Assembly: GCA_965648935.1 (NCBI GenBank)
Contig: CBFGIY010000053.1
Span: 1 to 17,572, forward strand
Source of the DNA: a candidate division WOR-3 bacterium
GTDB taxonomy: Bacteria > Hydrothermota > Tepidihabitantia > Tepidihabitantales > Tepidihabitantaceae
Direction: 5' to 3'
DNA length: 17,572 nucleotides
Both the position numbers and the translations under genes were made by a program. The notes under the pieces were generated by a model. The model ran no database searches and had not been told where the DNA came from. It saw nothing but the letters and a program-made list of their open reading frames with translations. Shown piece after piece: positions 6,101-13,470 of the stretch (position 1 is the stretch's first letter; the number at the start of each line of letters is the position of its first letter).

Positions 6101-8813
6101 CGACACCGCGCGGATAATGGTGCAGTCGCCGTGGGCCGGGGTGCGTGCGCTGGTGACAATCGAGCGCGAGAACGTCATCGACCACTTCATCACCCGGCTC
6201 GACGGCACGGCTGGAGCGATTGCAGTTCCGATCAAGCCGGAGTACCTGCCCAACGTCTTCGTGTCTGTGGTGCTGGTCAAGGGCAGGACAGCGCAGAACG
6301 AGTTCTCGGAACAAGGTGACGACCTGGGCAAGCCGGGCATCAAGGTCGGCTATGTCGAACTGCCGGTTTCGCCCGACCTGAAACGGCTGCGCGTCAGCAT
6401 CGCGCCGGACCGGGCCGAGTACCGGCCGGGCGGCCGGGTGAGGCTTGAGCTTGCGGTGAAGGACGCCGAGAGGCCGGGCCGGCGCGCCGAGGTCACCGTG
6501 GCGGTCGTGGACCTCGGGGTGCTGAAGCTGACCGGGTTTGCGACACCGGACCCGTTCGGTGTGTTCTACTCGCGCCGACCCTTGTCGGTCGCGACCGCGG
6601 AGTCGCGCCTGCACGTCATCGGCCAGCGCAACTACGGCGAGAAGGGCGAGGCCCAGGCTGGTGACGGGTTGATAGCCGGTGCGCCGAAGCGGGACGGCTA
6701 CGAGTTTGCGTACCGGCAGAAGTTCCTTGAAACCGCGCTGTGGCTGCCAGCAGTGATGACCGATGAGGCCGGAAGGGCGCGAGTCGAGTTTGACCTGCCT
6801 GACAATCTGACGCAATGGCAGGTGATGGCCGTGGCCAGCACAGCCGACCGGTTCGGCTCGGCCGACACCCAGTTCCGTTCCAATCAGCCACTGCTCATAG
6901 CGCCGTCGCTACCCCGGTTCTTGAGGCCCGAAGATGAGTTTGACGGCGGCGTGACCGTGCACAACCGCACCGAACAGGAGCAGAGCGTTACCGTGCGCGT
7001 AGCGGCGGGAAAGAACTTGGAACTGGTCGGGGAGGCGCGCAAGGCCGTCGTCGTGTCGCCGAATCGCGCGGCCGAAGTGCTGTTCCGCTTCCGCTGCACG
7101 GGCGGGGACCGGGCCGGGTTCGAGTTCACAGCCGAGGCCGGGGCTGAACGCGACGGGCTCAAACTCGAGCTGCCGGTGCGCGCGCCGGTGCCGACCGAGG
7201 CCTACGCCATATACGAGAACACCGACTCGGTCGGAGCGCAGCACTGGGTCGAGGTGCCGGCCGATGCGCTTGCCGGCGTCGGCGGGCTGGAGGTGACGCT
7301 CGCGTCGTCCGGGCTGGCCGGGCTTGAGCGCGGGCTGGAGTGGCTGCGGACCTATCCGTACGACTGCCTGGAGCAGCGGCTATCCAAGGTGTTGCCGTTC
7401 ATCAAAGGCGAAGCGATCATCAACGACTTTGCGCTCTCCGAGCTGCGCGGCAAGGCACTGCGCGATTTTGTCAATGCCGAACTGGCACTGGTTCCGCGAT
7501 ATCAGCAACACTCGGGCGGGTTCGGGTTCTGGGCCGACCCCAAGGAACAGGCTTCGCCGTGGCTGACAGCCTACTGCGTCGCGGTGCTGGCCGAGGCGCG
7601 GCAGGCCGGTTTCGCGGTCGACCGAAGAATGCTGGACCGCGCGGTCAGCTACCTGGGCGGCTGGCTTGCCGGCCGCGACACTCCGGACCGCTGGCCCTAC
7701 TCTGCCGACGAGCGGCTGACCACGCGGGCACTGGCTGTTTACGGACTGGCTCTGGCTGGAGCGAGGCCGTTGTCAGACCTGGCCGCGCTGGCCGAGCGCC
7801 GGGAGCAGATGTCGGTGTATGGCCGGGCACTGCTGCTCAAGACGGCGGTACTGGTCGGTGATGAGAAACTCAAGGTCGGCGTTGCCGGTGAACTGGACAA
7901 TCTGGTGAAGGTCGCGCCGACGACCGCGCACTACGAGGAGGCGAGCCAGGGCGGCTGGCTGTTCCATTCGAACGTGCGCACGACCGCGCTGGTTCTGCAG
8001 GCCCTGCTTGAGGCACGCGGCCGATACGAGCTGGCCGACAATGTCGTACGCTGGCTGGTCATCGAGCGCAAATCCGGGCGCTGGCGTACGACACAGGAGA
8101 ACTCCGCGGTGTTTGACGCGCTGGCGACATTCTACCGGCGTTACGAGTCGGTGCGGCCGGAACTGCGCGCGACCGTGCGCCTCGAAGGCCGGGCCATTCT
8201 CGAGGCGGCGCTCGCCGGGCGGACGCTTGCGACGCAGCGCCGGGTGGTGCAGGTTGACGCGCTCAAGCGCGGCGTACGGCAATCAGTCACCGTGGAGAGA
8301 ACGGGCGCGGGCCGGCTGTACTATGGTCTGCGGCTGAGCTACTGCCGTCGCGCCGACCCCGCATCAGTCGACAACGGTTTCGGCGTGGAGAAGACAGTCC
8401 GGCCGGTCGCCGGCAGGGGGGCTGGTTTCAAGCGGGGCGAGCTCTACTCAGTGACCCTGCGTATCACCACCGCTCAGGACCGGATGTTCGTGGTCGTGGA
8501 TGACCCGCTGCCGGCCGGGTTCGAAATCGTCAACACTTCTTTCGAAACCGAGAGCCGGCTGAGCGAGGAGAAGCTGGCTGCGGCGCGGCGCAAGGACAGC
8601 GGCGGCTGGTGGGGCGGCTTTGACCTCGAACAGCTGCGCGCGGACCGATACCTGCTCTTCGCTACCTATCTCAGTCGAGGGTCGTACACGCGTACCTACC
8701 TGGTGCGGGCGCAGACGGCCGGTCGATTCCTGATGCCGGCGACCCGCTGCGAGGAGATGTACACGCCCGAGGTCTGGGGCCGGACCGGTCAGCAATGGGT
8801 CGACGTGAAGTAG
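3162..8813 (+). CDS. Bacterial alpha-2-macroglobulin family lipoprotein (YfhM-like, 1883 aa) with N-terminal Ig-like domains
   Basis: RBS then signal peptide with lipobox MRALRLVLLVGLALCAG|C. MG-domain motifs FTDKGLYKGGDTV, YAPGDTA, YRPGGRV, LPDNLTQWQVMAVA. Thioester motif YPYDCLEQ (7353-7376), WRTTQEN, DDPLPAGFE, EEMYTPEVWGRT. Canonical linkage to pbpC. Confidence 0.95.
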   Translation: MRALRLVLLVGLALCAGCPKKVTEATGPGRPIAMPEFTEAELAAAPALSVVAASPQGQTEQGVTEVTVVFDAPMVALGEPAESSDFPLLLEPDVAGRCRWLGDRTVVFAPDSGFVPATRYTVRIPRGVRALEGAMLKADYRFEFETERPRLHSSSPYQQSSFVGLNQPIYLSFSLPMDPKRAARGIRLRGPGGLDAALRVRSLRKGEKPEGWWYDDSEPQRVLVVEPRRRLAIESEYKLILAEGLLAAAGNLGKARGDTVVFRTFNRMRLEGITSAARQQPEDAVVLVFSNPVPVANVVRHIEFRPPVRIPAEYTSYTWASAEVALSLPFSPETEYEVRLSRWLTDKFGNRLGRGQRLKLRTVSYRPYFSMPTGPGIVESEGKPYVPVTMVNTDSLKVRMRALRASEVVPYWRAVHDYSYHDDEQRDPKPFERPGFYTLERLWRPEVKRNKRAVLPLDVGRGLVGGKGTVVCELDATYEPERGSRYRRALLQVTPYGITAKFAPERGLGLVTRLDDAAPVPNLPVQVRDDANRVVWTGRTRDDGTVALPGWDAVGAPRRYEWDNPRLWLFAGDEAAAAFVHSDWGTGIEPYEFGIPYDWNPDPAEPRGFIFTDKGLYKGGDTVRLKGIVRHKKMGNWVVPGQRDGRLEVRDSRDEELVSAPLRLSANGSFDFSVSLPEDAPTGYYSVRYDLADRTFYASFRVESYRPAEFEVKVEAGRERYYVGDELAVTVRGEYLFGAPMAGDRANWYVDLTRTGFVPPGFGEYTFGGGEPDRLDGPPRVASGSGKLDAYGRLPVRARLKRERPVGTFVATVEAEVASANERTGAGRGSWLVHSSDAHIGVRAARSFVAAGEPIGFDVVVVDPEGKHLAGTVISATVLRREWKTVRKAGTGGRWSWVNDYRDVRVKTFKVRSAAEPVRTEYRPDKPGSYVLRLEAQDRKRRPARTETQFWASGSGEAAWMQRDDDMVELRRDRESYAPGDTARIMVQSPWAGVRALVTIERENVIDHFITRLDGTAGAIAVPIKPEYLPNVFVSVVLVKGRTAQNEFSEQGDDLGKPGIKVGYVELPVSPDLKRLRVSIAPDRAEYRPGGRVRLELAVKDAERPGRRAEVTVAVVDLGVLKLTGFATPDPFGVFYSRRPLSVATAESRLHVIGQRNYGEKGEAQAGDGLIAGAPKRDGYEFAYRQKFLETALWLPAVMTDEAGRARVEFDLPDNLTQWQVMAVASTADRFGSADTQFRSNQPLLIAPSLPRFLRPEDEFDGGVTVHNRTEQEQSVTVRVAAGKNLELVGEARKAVVVSPNRAAEVLFRFRCTGGDRAGFEFTAEAGAERDGLKLELPVRAPVPTEAYAIYENTDSVGAQHWVEVPADALAGVGGLEVTLASSGLAGLERGLEWLRTYPYDCLEQRLSKVLPFIKGEAIINDFALSELRGKALRDFVNAELALVPRYQQHSGGFGFWADPKEQASPWLTAYCVAVLAEARQAGFAVDRRMLDRAVSYLGGWLAGRDTPDRWPYSADERLTTRALAVYGLALAGARPLSDLAALAERREQMSVYGRALLLKTAVLVGDEKLKVGVAGELDNLVKVAPTTAHYEEASQGGWLFHSNVRTTALVLQALLEARGRYELADNVVRWLVIERKSGRWRTTQENSAVFDALATFYRRYESVRPELRATVRLEGRAILEAALAGRTLATQRRVVQVDALKRGVRQSVTVERTGAGRLYYGLRLSYCRRADPASVDNGFGVEKTVRPVAGRGAGFKRGELYSVTLRITTAQDRMFVVVDDPLPAGFEIVNTSFETESRLSEEKLAAARRKDSGGWWGGFDLEQLRADRYLLFATYLSRGSYTRTYLVRAQTAGRFLMPATRCEEMYTPEVWGRTGQQWVDVK

Positions 8814-11137
8814 CAGCGGCGCTGGTCCTGCTGGCCGGGCCGGCGGTTGTGCTGTCGTTTCTGTTGCGGCCGGTGCCGCGCGATTTCCTGCGCGGCGACC
8901 GGCTGGCCACACTGGTCATCACCGATCGGAACGGAATCGTGCTGCGTGAGATACCAAGCTCGAGGCATGGCACCGCTTACTGGACTCCGCTTGGAGAAAC
9001 CGGGCCGTGGCTCGGCCCGGCAGTCATCGCGGCCGAGGACCACAGATTTCGCAGTCATTTCGGCATAGACCCGGTTGCCGTGGCGCGATCGGTTGTCCTG
9101 AATCTGCGCCGGGGCCGGGTCGTGGCCGGCGGTTCGACCATCACCCAGCAACTGGCTCGCAACCTGGCCGGCGCGCGGCGGCGCACATTACCGGCGAAGC
9201 TTGCCGAGGCCGCGCTGGCCCTGCGTCTCGAACTGCACCTGAGCAAGGACGAGATACTGGAAGCCTATCTGAACCGGGTCTGTTTCGGCAACCAGGCCTA
9301 TGGGGTCGGGGCTGCGGCGCGTCTGTACTTTGACCGGCCGCCGTCCGAGCTGTCGCTGGCCCAATCCTGCCTGCTCGCCGCGATTCCGCGTTCTCCTGTC
9401 GGGTATGACCCTCTGCGTCAGCCTGCGGCGGGGCGGCGCCGGCAGCGCTGGATTCTGGCAAAGCTGCGCGATCGGCAGTTCATCAGTGAAGAGCAACTCG
9501 CGGCGGCTCTGGCCGAAAGCATCGTACTGGCCCCTCGGTCGCGGCGTTTTCGCGCGCCGCATTTCACCGATGCGGTCGTGACGCGGGCAACCCGGGAAGA
9601 GCGCAAGTCACTCAGGGCACTGCAGACGACACTGGACTGGCGGATACAGGCGACCTGTGAGGCGCTGCTCGAAGGGCAGCTTGTCCGGCTGGCTCCCTGC
9701 AATGCCACGAACGGCGCCGTCGTTGTGCTTGACCGCCGCGGCGGCGATATCCTGGCGATGGTCGGCTCGCGCGACTACCTGGCCGCTGACGGCGGCCAGG
9801 TCAACGCGGCGCTGGCCCGGCGCCAGCCCGGTTCGGCGCTCAAGCCGTTTGTGTACGCGCTGGCTTTCGAGCACGGTGCCGGCCCGGCGACGGCGCTTCT
9901 TGACGTGCCGCATCACTTCGCCGAGCCGGGCGGCGACTACGCGCCGCGCAACTGCGACCGCGAGTTCCGGGGGCTGGTCAGCGCCCGCACCGCGCTGGCC
10001 TGTTCATACAACATACCGGCGGTGCGGCTCGCCGACCAGTACGGGGTCGAGGCGCTGCTCGGGCTGCTGCGAGCCTCCGGTTTTTCCAGTCTCGACCGGT
10101 CGGCCACGCACTACGGTCGCGCCTTGGTGTTGGGCACGGGTGAGGTCACGTTGCTCGAGCTGGTCAATGCCTACCGGATGCTGGCGAACTGCGGCTGTTT
10201 CTCGCCCGCACGCTGGCTGGCCGGCCCGGACACGGCAGAGCGGCGACGCGCACTGAGCCCGGCCGGAGCGTACCTCGTGACCGACATTCTGCGGGACGAC
10301 GGCGCGCGCACCGGCGCGTTCGGCCAGTTCTCGTGCCTTGCCCTGCCCTTTGACTGCGCCGTCAAGACCGGCACTTCCAAGGACTGCCGCGATAACTGGG
10401 CGATCGGCTATACCGATCAGTTTGTCGTCGGTGTCTGGGTGGGAAACTTCAATGGCACGCCGATGAGAGGCGCGACCGGCGTGACCGGAGCCGGGCCGCT
10501 GCTGCGTGACGTGATGTTGAGCTTGCACGCGACCGAACCGGCGCGAATGGCCGAACCTGAAGGGGTCAGGCGCGTCCGGGTCTGTCCGGTGAGCGGACAT
10601 CGACCCGTGCCGGCCTGCCCGGCCGATGTCGAGGAGCTTTTCGCCGCTGGCAGCGAGCCGCGCGAGACCTGCTCGATGCACCGAGTGGTCGTTTCTGACC
10701 GGAGGACAGGAAGGCGCGCGGGCGTTTCGACACCGGAGTGGGCACGCGCCGAGAAGGCAGTCATGGTGCCGCCGCCCGAACTGCGTGCGTGGCTGGCGGA
10801 TGTCGAGTCGGAACCAGGGGCAGGCCATTGGGGAGGGGAGGAAGATGGTGAGGCAGGAGATGCCGAAGCGGCGGGCCGGCCCGCGGTGCTCTTCCCGGAT
10901 GACGGTGACGTTTTCAAGATCGACCCGGACGTGTGCCGGTCAGTCCAGGCCGTGAGGTTGAGGGCGGCGGTTCCGCTGCCCGACACCGAGCTGACCTGGT
11001 ATCTTGATGGCCGGGTACTGGCTCGGGCCCGTGCCGACGAACCGGTGTTCTGGGAGCTTGAGCCGGGGCGGCACCGTCTCGCGGTGCAGGCCGGCGGCGA
11101 ACTGAGCCAGCCGGTCCGTTTTGTGGTGCTGCGGTGA
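8795..11137 (+). CDS. pbpC: Penicillin-binding protein 1C (bifunctional transglycosylase/transpeptidase)
   Basis: N-terminal membrane anchor. GT51 motifs EDHRFRSHFGIDP and GGSTITQQLARNL. Transpeptidase motifs SALK, SYN, KTGTS. C-terminal beta domain (LTWYLDG...LEPGRHRL). Overlaps the macroglobulin gene by 19 nt. Confidence 0.93.
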   Translation: MGRREVAAALVLLAGPAVVLSFLLRPVPRDFLRGDRLATLVITDRNGIVLREIPSSRHGTAYWTPLGETGPWLGPAVIAAEDHRFRSHFGIDPVAVARSVVLNLRRGRVVAGGSTITQQLARNLAGARRRTLPAKLAEAALALRLELHLSKDEILEAYLNRVCFGNQAYGVGAAARLYFDRPPSELSLAQSCLLAAIPRSPVGYDPLRQPAAGRRRQRWILAKLRDRQFISEEQLAAALAESIVLAPRSRRFRAPHFTDAVVTRATREERKSLRALQTTLDWRIQATCEALLEGQLVRLAPCNATNGAVVVLDRRGGDILAMVGSRDYLAADGGQVNAALARRQPGSALKPFVYALAFEHGAGPATALLDVPHHFAEPGGDYAPRNCDREFRGLVSARTALACSYNIPAVRLADQYGVEALLGLLRASGFSSLDRSATHYGRALVLGTGEVTLLELVNAYRMLANCGCFSPARWLAGPDTAERRRALSPAGAYLVTDILRDDGARTGAFGQFSCLALPFDCAVKTGTSKDCRDNWAIGYTDQFVVGVWVGNFNGTPMRGATGVTGAGPLLRDVMLSLHATEPARMAEPEGVRRVRVCPVSGHRPVPACPADVEELFAAGSEPRETCSMHRVVVSDRRTGRRAGVSTPEWARAEKAVMVPPPELRAWLADVESEPGAGHWGGEEDGEAGDAEAAGRPAVLFPDDGDVFKIDPDVCRSVQAVRLRAAVPLPDTELTWYLDGRVLARARADEPVFWELEPGRHRLAVQAGGELSQPVRFVVLR

Positions 11138-11146
11138 GGCGACGGG

Positions 11147-11776
11147 CTAGACCCGCTCGGGCGGGGAGTCGAGCCAGCCGGCGCGGCGCGCGACTTCGTA
11201 CAGCACGACCGCGGCTGCGGTCGCGACGTTGACCGAGTTCTTGTAGCCGAATACCGGCAGCTCCACGACTGAATCACACAGCTCGAGCGCCGGGCGCGAG
11301 ACGCCGAGCGCCTCGTTGCCGAAGACCAGCACCAGGGGGAATCGAGGTTCGAACAGATGATGCGGCAGTGCGCCCTGTGCTGTTTCGACCGCAACGATGT
11401 GGCAGCCCGCAATCCGCAGTTCGGCGATGGCTGCGGCGGTTTCGGCAACGTGGCGGCTGGGCACCGACGCGGTCGTGCCGAGCGCGGTCTGCTCAAGCTT
11501 GTGGTGGGGCGGGTGAGCTGTGTAACCGCAGGTGACGATCTCGGCGGCGCGCACCGCATCGGCGAGGCGGAAGATCGAACCGACGTTGAAAGCGCTTCTC
11601 AGATTGTCCAGCACGACGTGAACCGGGCGGCGCGGCAACCGGGCAAATTCCGAGGGCGGCAGGCTTGAGTCGCGCGAGCGAACCTCGTAGTAAGTTTCAA
11701 TGCCGTCAGGTTCGACCCGACCCTCGAGCGACGGGCCGGTGCGGCGGGCAGGGCCGCGAGTGCGGTCCGGTCTCAT
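11147..11776 (-). CDS. TrmH/SpoU family (SPOUT) RNA 2'-O-methyltransferase (209 aa)
   Basis: VVLDNLRSAFNVGSIFRLADA, LVFGNEALGV, LPVFGYKNSVNVATAAAVVLYE. ATG at 11776 overlaps the upstream stop (ATGA). Confidence 0.9.
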   Translation of the reverse strand: MRPDRTRGPARRTGPSLEGRVEPDGIETYYEVRSRDSSLPPSEFARLPRRPVHVVLDNLRSAFNVGSIFRLADAVRAAEIVTCGYTAHPPHHKLEQTALGTTASVPSRHVAETAAAIAELRIAGCHIVAVETAQGALPHHLFEPRFPLVLVFGNEALGVSRPALELCDSVVELPVFGYKNSVNVATAAAVVLYEVARRAGWLDSPPERV

Positions 11777-12540
11777 GGCCTGAGGCCGAAGGCGCGGCGC
11801 ACTGCCCGGCGCTGAGTTGCCGAGAGGCCGACCCGGTTGCCGGGCGTGGCACGGGCCAGCAGCGCGATTGTCGCACACTTCTCGGCGACCTCAATCAAGT
11901 CGAGAGCGGCGCCGAGGGCAGGCGCTGAGACGGCGATGCCGTGACCGTACCAGATTACCGCGCGGCGGCGTGCGAGGGCGCGGGCCGTGGCGCGGGCGAG
12001 CGTGAGGCTGCCGGGCGCATAGAACGGCAGGGCGGTGAGGGCGTCCTGCAGCACGATGGGCGCCTCGGTGTGCATCCGCACGAGCAGGCCGGGCAGGTTC
12101 CGGTGAGCGGCTCCGATCGAGAGCGCGGTGATGCTCGTGGGGTGGGTGTGCAGGATCACGCGATCATCCGGGCGATGGCGCGCGAGGGTGTCGTGCGCCA
12201 GGATGTGTGCGGTCAGCTCCGAGGATGCCGGACCATGGAGCACGCGGGCCTTGCGCGAGCTGTCGATGGAGACAGCGCACAGGGCGCCCGCGGGTTCGCG
12301 CGCGATGGCGCGCATCCGGGCACCGGCTCGTTTCACCAACAGGCATTGACCGACCAGCTCTGGCGCCGGTGCCGGCAACACCACTTCGTGTCCGCCCGGT
12401 CTGCCGCGAAGGGGGATGCGCAGCGAGAAGTTGCCGGCATTGGCCTCGGCCCAGCCGCGAGCGACAAGCGCGCTGGCGATATCGGCCAGCGCGGAAAGCC
12501 AGGGCCGTGCGAGTCGCGCGATGGCTTGTGAGTCATCCAC
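11773..12540 (-). CDS. Class II aldolase/adducin family protein, rhamnulose-1-phosphate aldolase (RhaD)-like (~255 aa)
   Basis: GWAEANAGNFS, PASSELTAH, metal ligands ILHTHPT and IWYGHG, MHTE, FYAPGSLTLARAT, IEVAEKCA. Start placed at GTG 12540 because ORF-track codon 12576 lies inside a TTGACA -35 box. Confidence 0.8.
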   Translation of the reverse strand: MDDSQAIARLARPWLSALADIASALVARGWAEANAGNFSLRIPLRGRPGGHEVVLPAPAPELVGQCLLVKRAGARMRAIAREPAGALCAVSIDSSRKARVLHGPASSELTAHILAHDTLARHRPDDRVILHTHPTSITALSIGAAHRNLPGLLVRMHTEAPIVLQDALTALPFYAPGSLTLARATARALARRRAVIWYGHGIAVSAPALGAALDLIEVAEKCATIALLARATPGNRVGLSATQRRAVRRAFGLRP

Positions 12541-12547
12541 GACTGCA

Positions 12548-12576
12548 ATACTGGCGCGGCGGCGTATCGCTGTCAA
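12548..12576 (-). promoter_or_regulatory. Putative promoter for the aldolase-trmH pair, probably leaderless
   Basis: Minus strand TTGACA(12576-12571)-N17-CAGTAT(12553-12548)-7 nt-GTG(12540). Confidence 0.5.
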
Positions 12577-12587
12577 TCGCGGACAGC

Positions 12588-12636
12588 TTGACTGGACACG
12601 AGGGCAGGCTACGATTCGCCATTGAACCGAAAGGAG
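12588..12636 (+). promoter_or_regulatory. Promoter and RBS for the DUF4177-like/CvpA-like genes
   Basis: TTGACT(12588-12593)-N16-TACGAT(12610-12615), RBS AAGGAG (12631-12636), GTG at 12644. Confidence 0.7.
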
Positions 12637-12643
12637 CCCGACA

Positions 12644-12898
12644 GTGACCAGATGGGAGTACCGGTTTCAGCAGATTGATATCAACATCAGCCCGATTCTG
12701 AAAATGGCGCGGTGGGGCGTTGACGTGCCGGGCGAGAAGAAGCCTCGCACGACGATGGAGGGCGTGGTCGATTACGTGAACACGCTTGGGGCCGAAGGCT
12801 GGGAACTGGTGACCGCGGTCGCGGGCAGCGAGCAGACCGGCATCATCACCCGCGCGGTGCTCTTCTTCCGCCGACCGCTGCCCGGCAGTACCGATTAG
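12644..12898 (+). CDS. Small DUF4177-like protein (84 aa)
   Basis: Family pattern M..WEYR...NTLGAEGWELV...FFRRP, with a good RBS. Confidence 0.8.
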   Translation: MTRWEYRFQQIDINISPILKMARWGVDVPGEKKPRTTMEGVVDYVNTLGAEGWELVTAVAGSEQTGIITRAVLFFRRPLPGSTD

Positions 12899-12923
12899 TC
12901 CGGGGCCGGACGCGGCGCGGCCG

Positions 12924-13421
12924 ATGGTGCTGCACTATACACCGCTGGACTGGGCCTGCATCGGCCTGCTGGCGACCGGGACGGCGGTGCAGTTCCTGCG
13001 CGGCGTGCGCGACTTCTCGCGCGTGCTGTACGAGACCGGCCTCCTCGTTGCGGCGCTGGTCGGCACGAACGCGCTGTACCGGCCCTTGTCCCAGTTGGTG
13101 CGGGTGCAGGGGCTGGCGGTCTACATCACGCTGTTCGTGCTTTTCTTCGTCGTCAGCCTGTTGCTCGCGGCATTGCTCAATCGGGTCGTGGCGTTCGGGT
13201 TCGGGGCGTTCAACTACCTTCTCGCCCTGCTGGCCGGGTTCGTCTACGCCTATGCGGCAGGCCATGTGCTGCTGCGGGTGGCCCTGAACCTGGTCGGACG
13301 CTCCAATCCGGCGTTCTCACAGGCGGTGATGCGGTCGTGGATGGCGCGCGAGCTGCTGTTTTTCAAGACCTGGATCGAGATACTGGCGCAACTGCGTCAG
13401 GTGCGCTGGCTCAACATCTGA
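12924..13421 (+). CDS. CvpA-like inner-membrane protein (165 aa, ~4 TM segments)
   Basis: N-terminal LDW...FLRG.R pattern, four hydrophobic segments, and size typical of the colicin V production (CvpA) family. Family call is by resemblance only. Confidence 0.6.
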   Translation: MVLHYTPLDWACIGLLATGTAVQFLRGVRDFSRVLYETGLLVAALVGTNALYRPLSQLVRVQGLAVYITLFVLFFVVSLLLAALLNRVVAFGFGAFNYLLALLAGFVYAYAAGHVLLRVALNLVGRSNPAFSQAVMRSWMARELLFFKTWIEILAQLRQVRWLNI

Positions 13422-13470
13422 TTTCAGTTTTCCCTTTCGCGCAGGGCTGGCTGACCCCGGACCGAATCGA

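Noticed and set aside
4269..6815. 848-aa minus-strand ORF
   Set aside because: Antisense shadow of the macroglobulin gene with no recognisable motifs. Stop-poor antisense frames are common at high GC3.
10577..10682. C..SG......CP...C..H cluster in PbpC as a novel metal-binding domain
   Set aside because: To my knowledge this motif commonly follows the transpeptidase domain in class A PBPs, so it is not novel.
3162..11137. Macroglobulin-pbpC pair as a new defence system
   Set aside because: This is the well-described yfhM-pbpC arrangement.
13422..13470. Bidirectional intrinsic terminator between the cvpA-like gene and pmbA
   Set aside because: A T-rich tract is present, but I could not find a convincing stem correctly placed relative to it.
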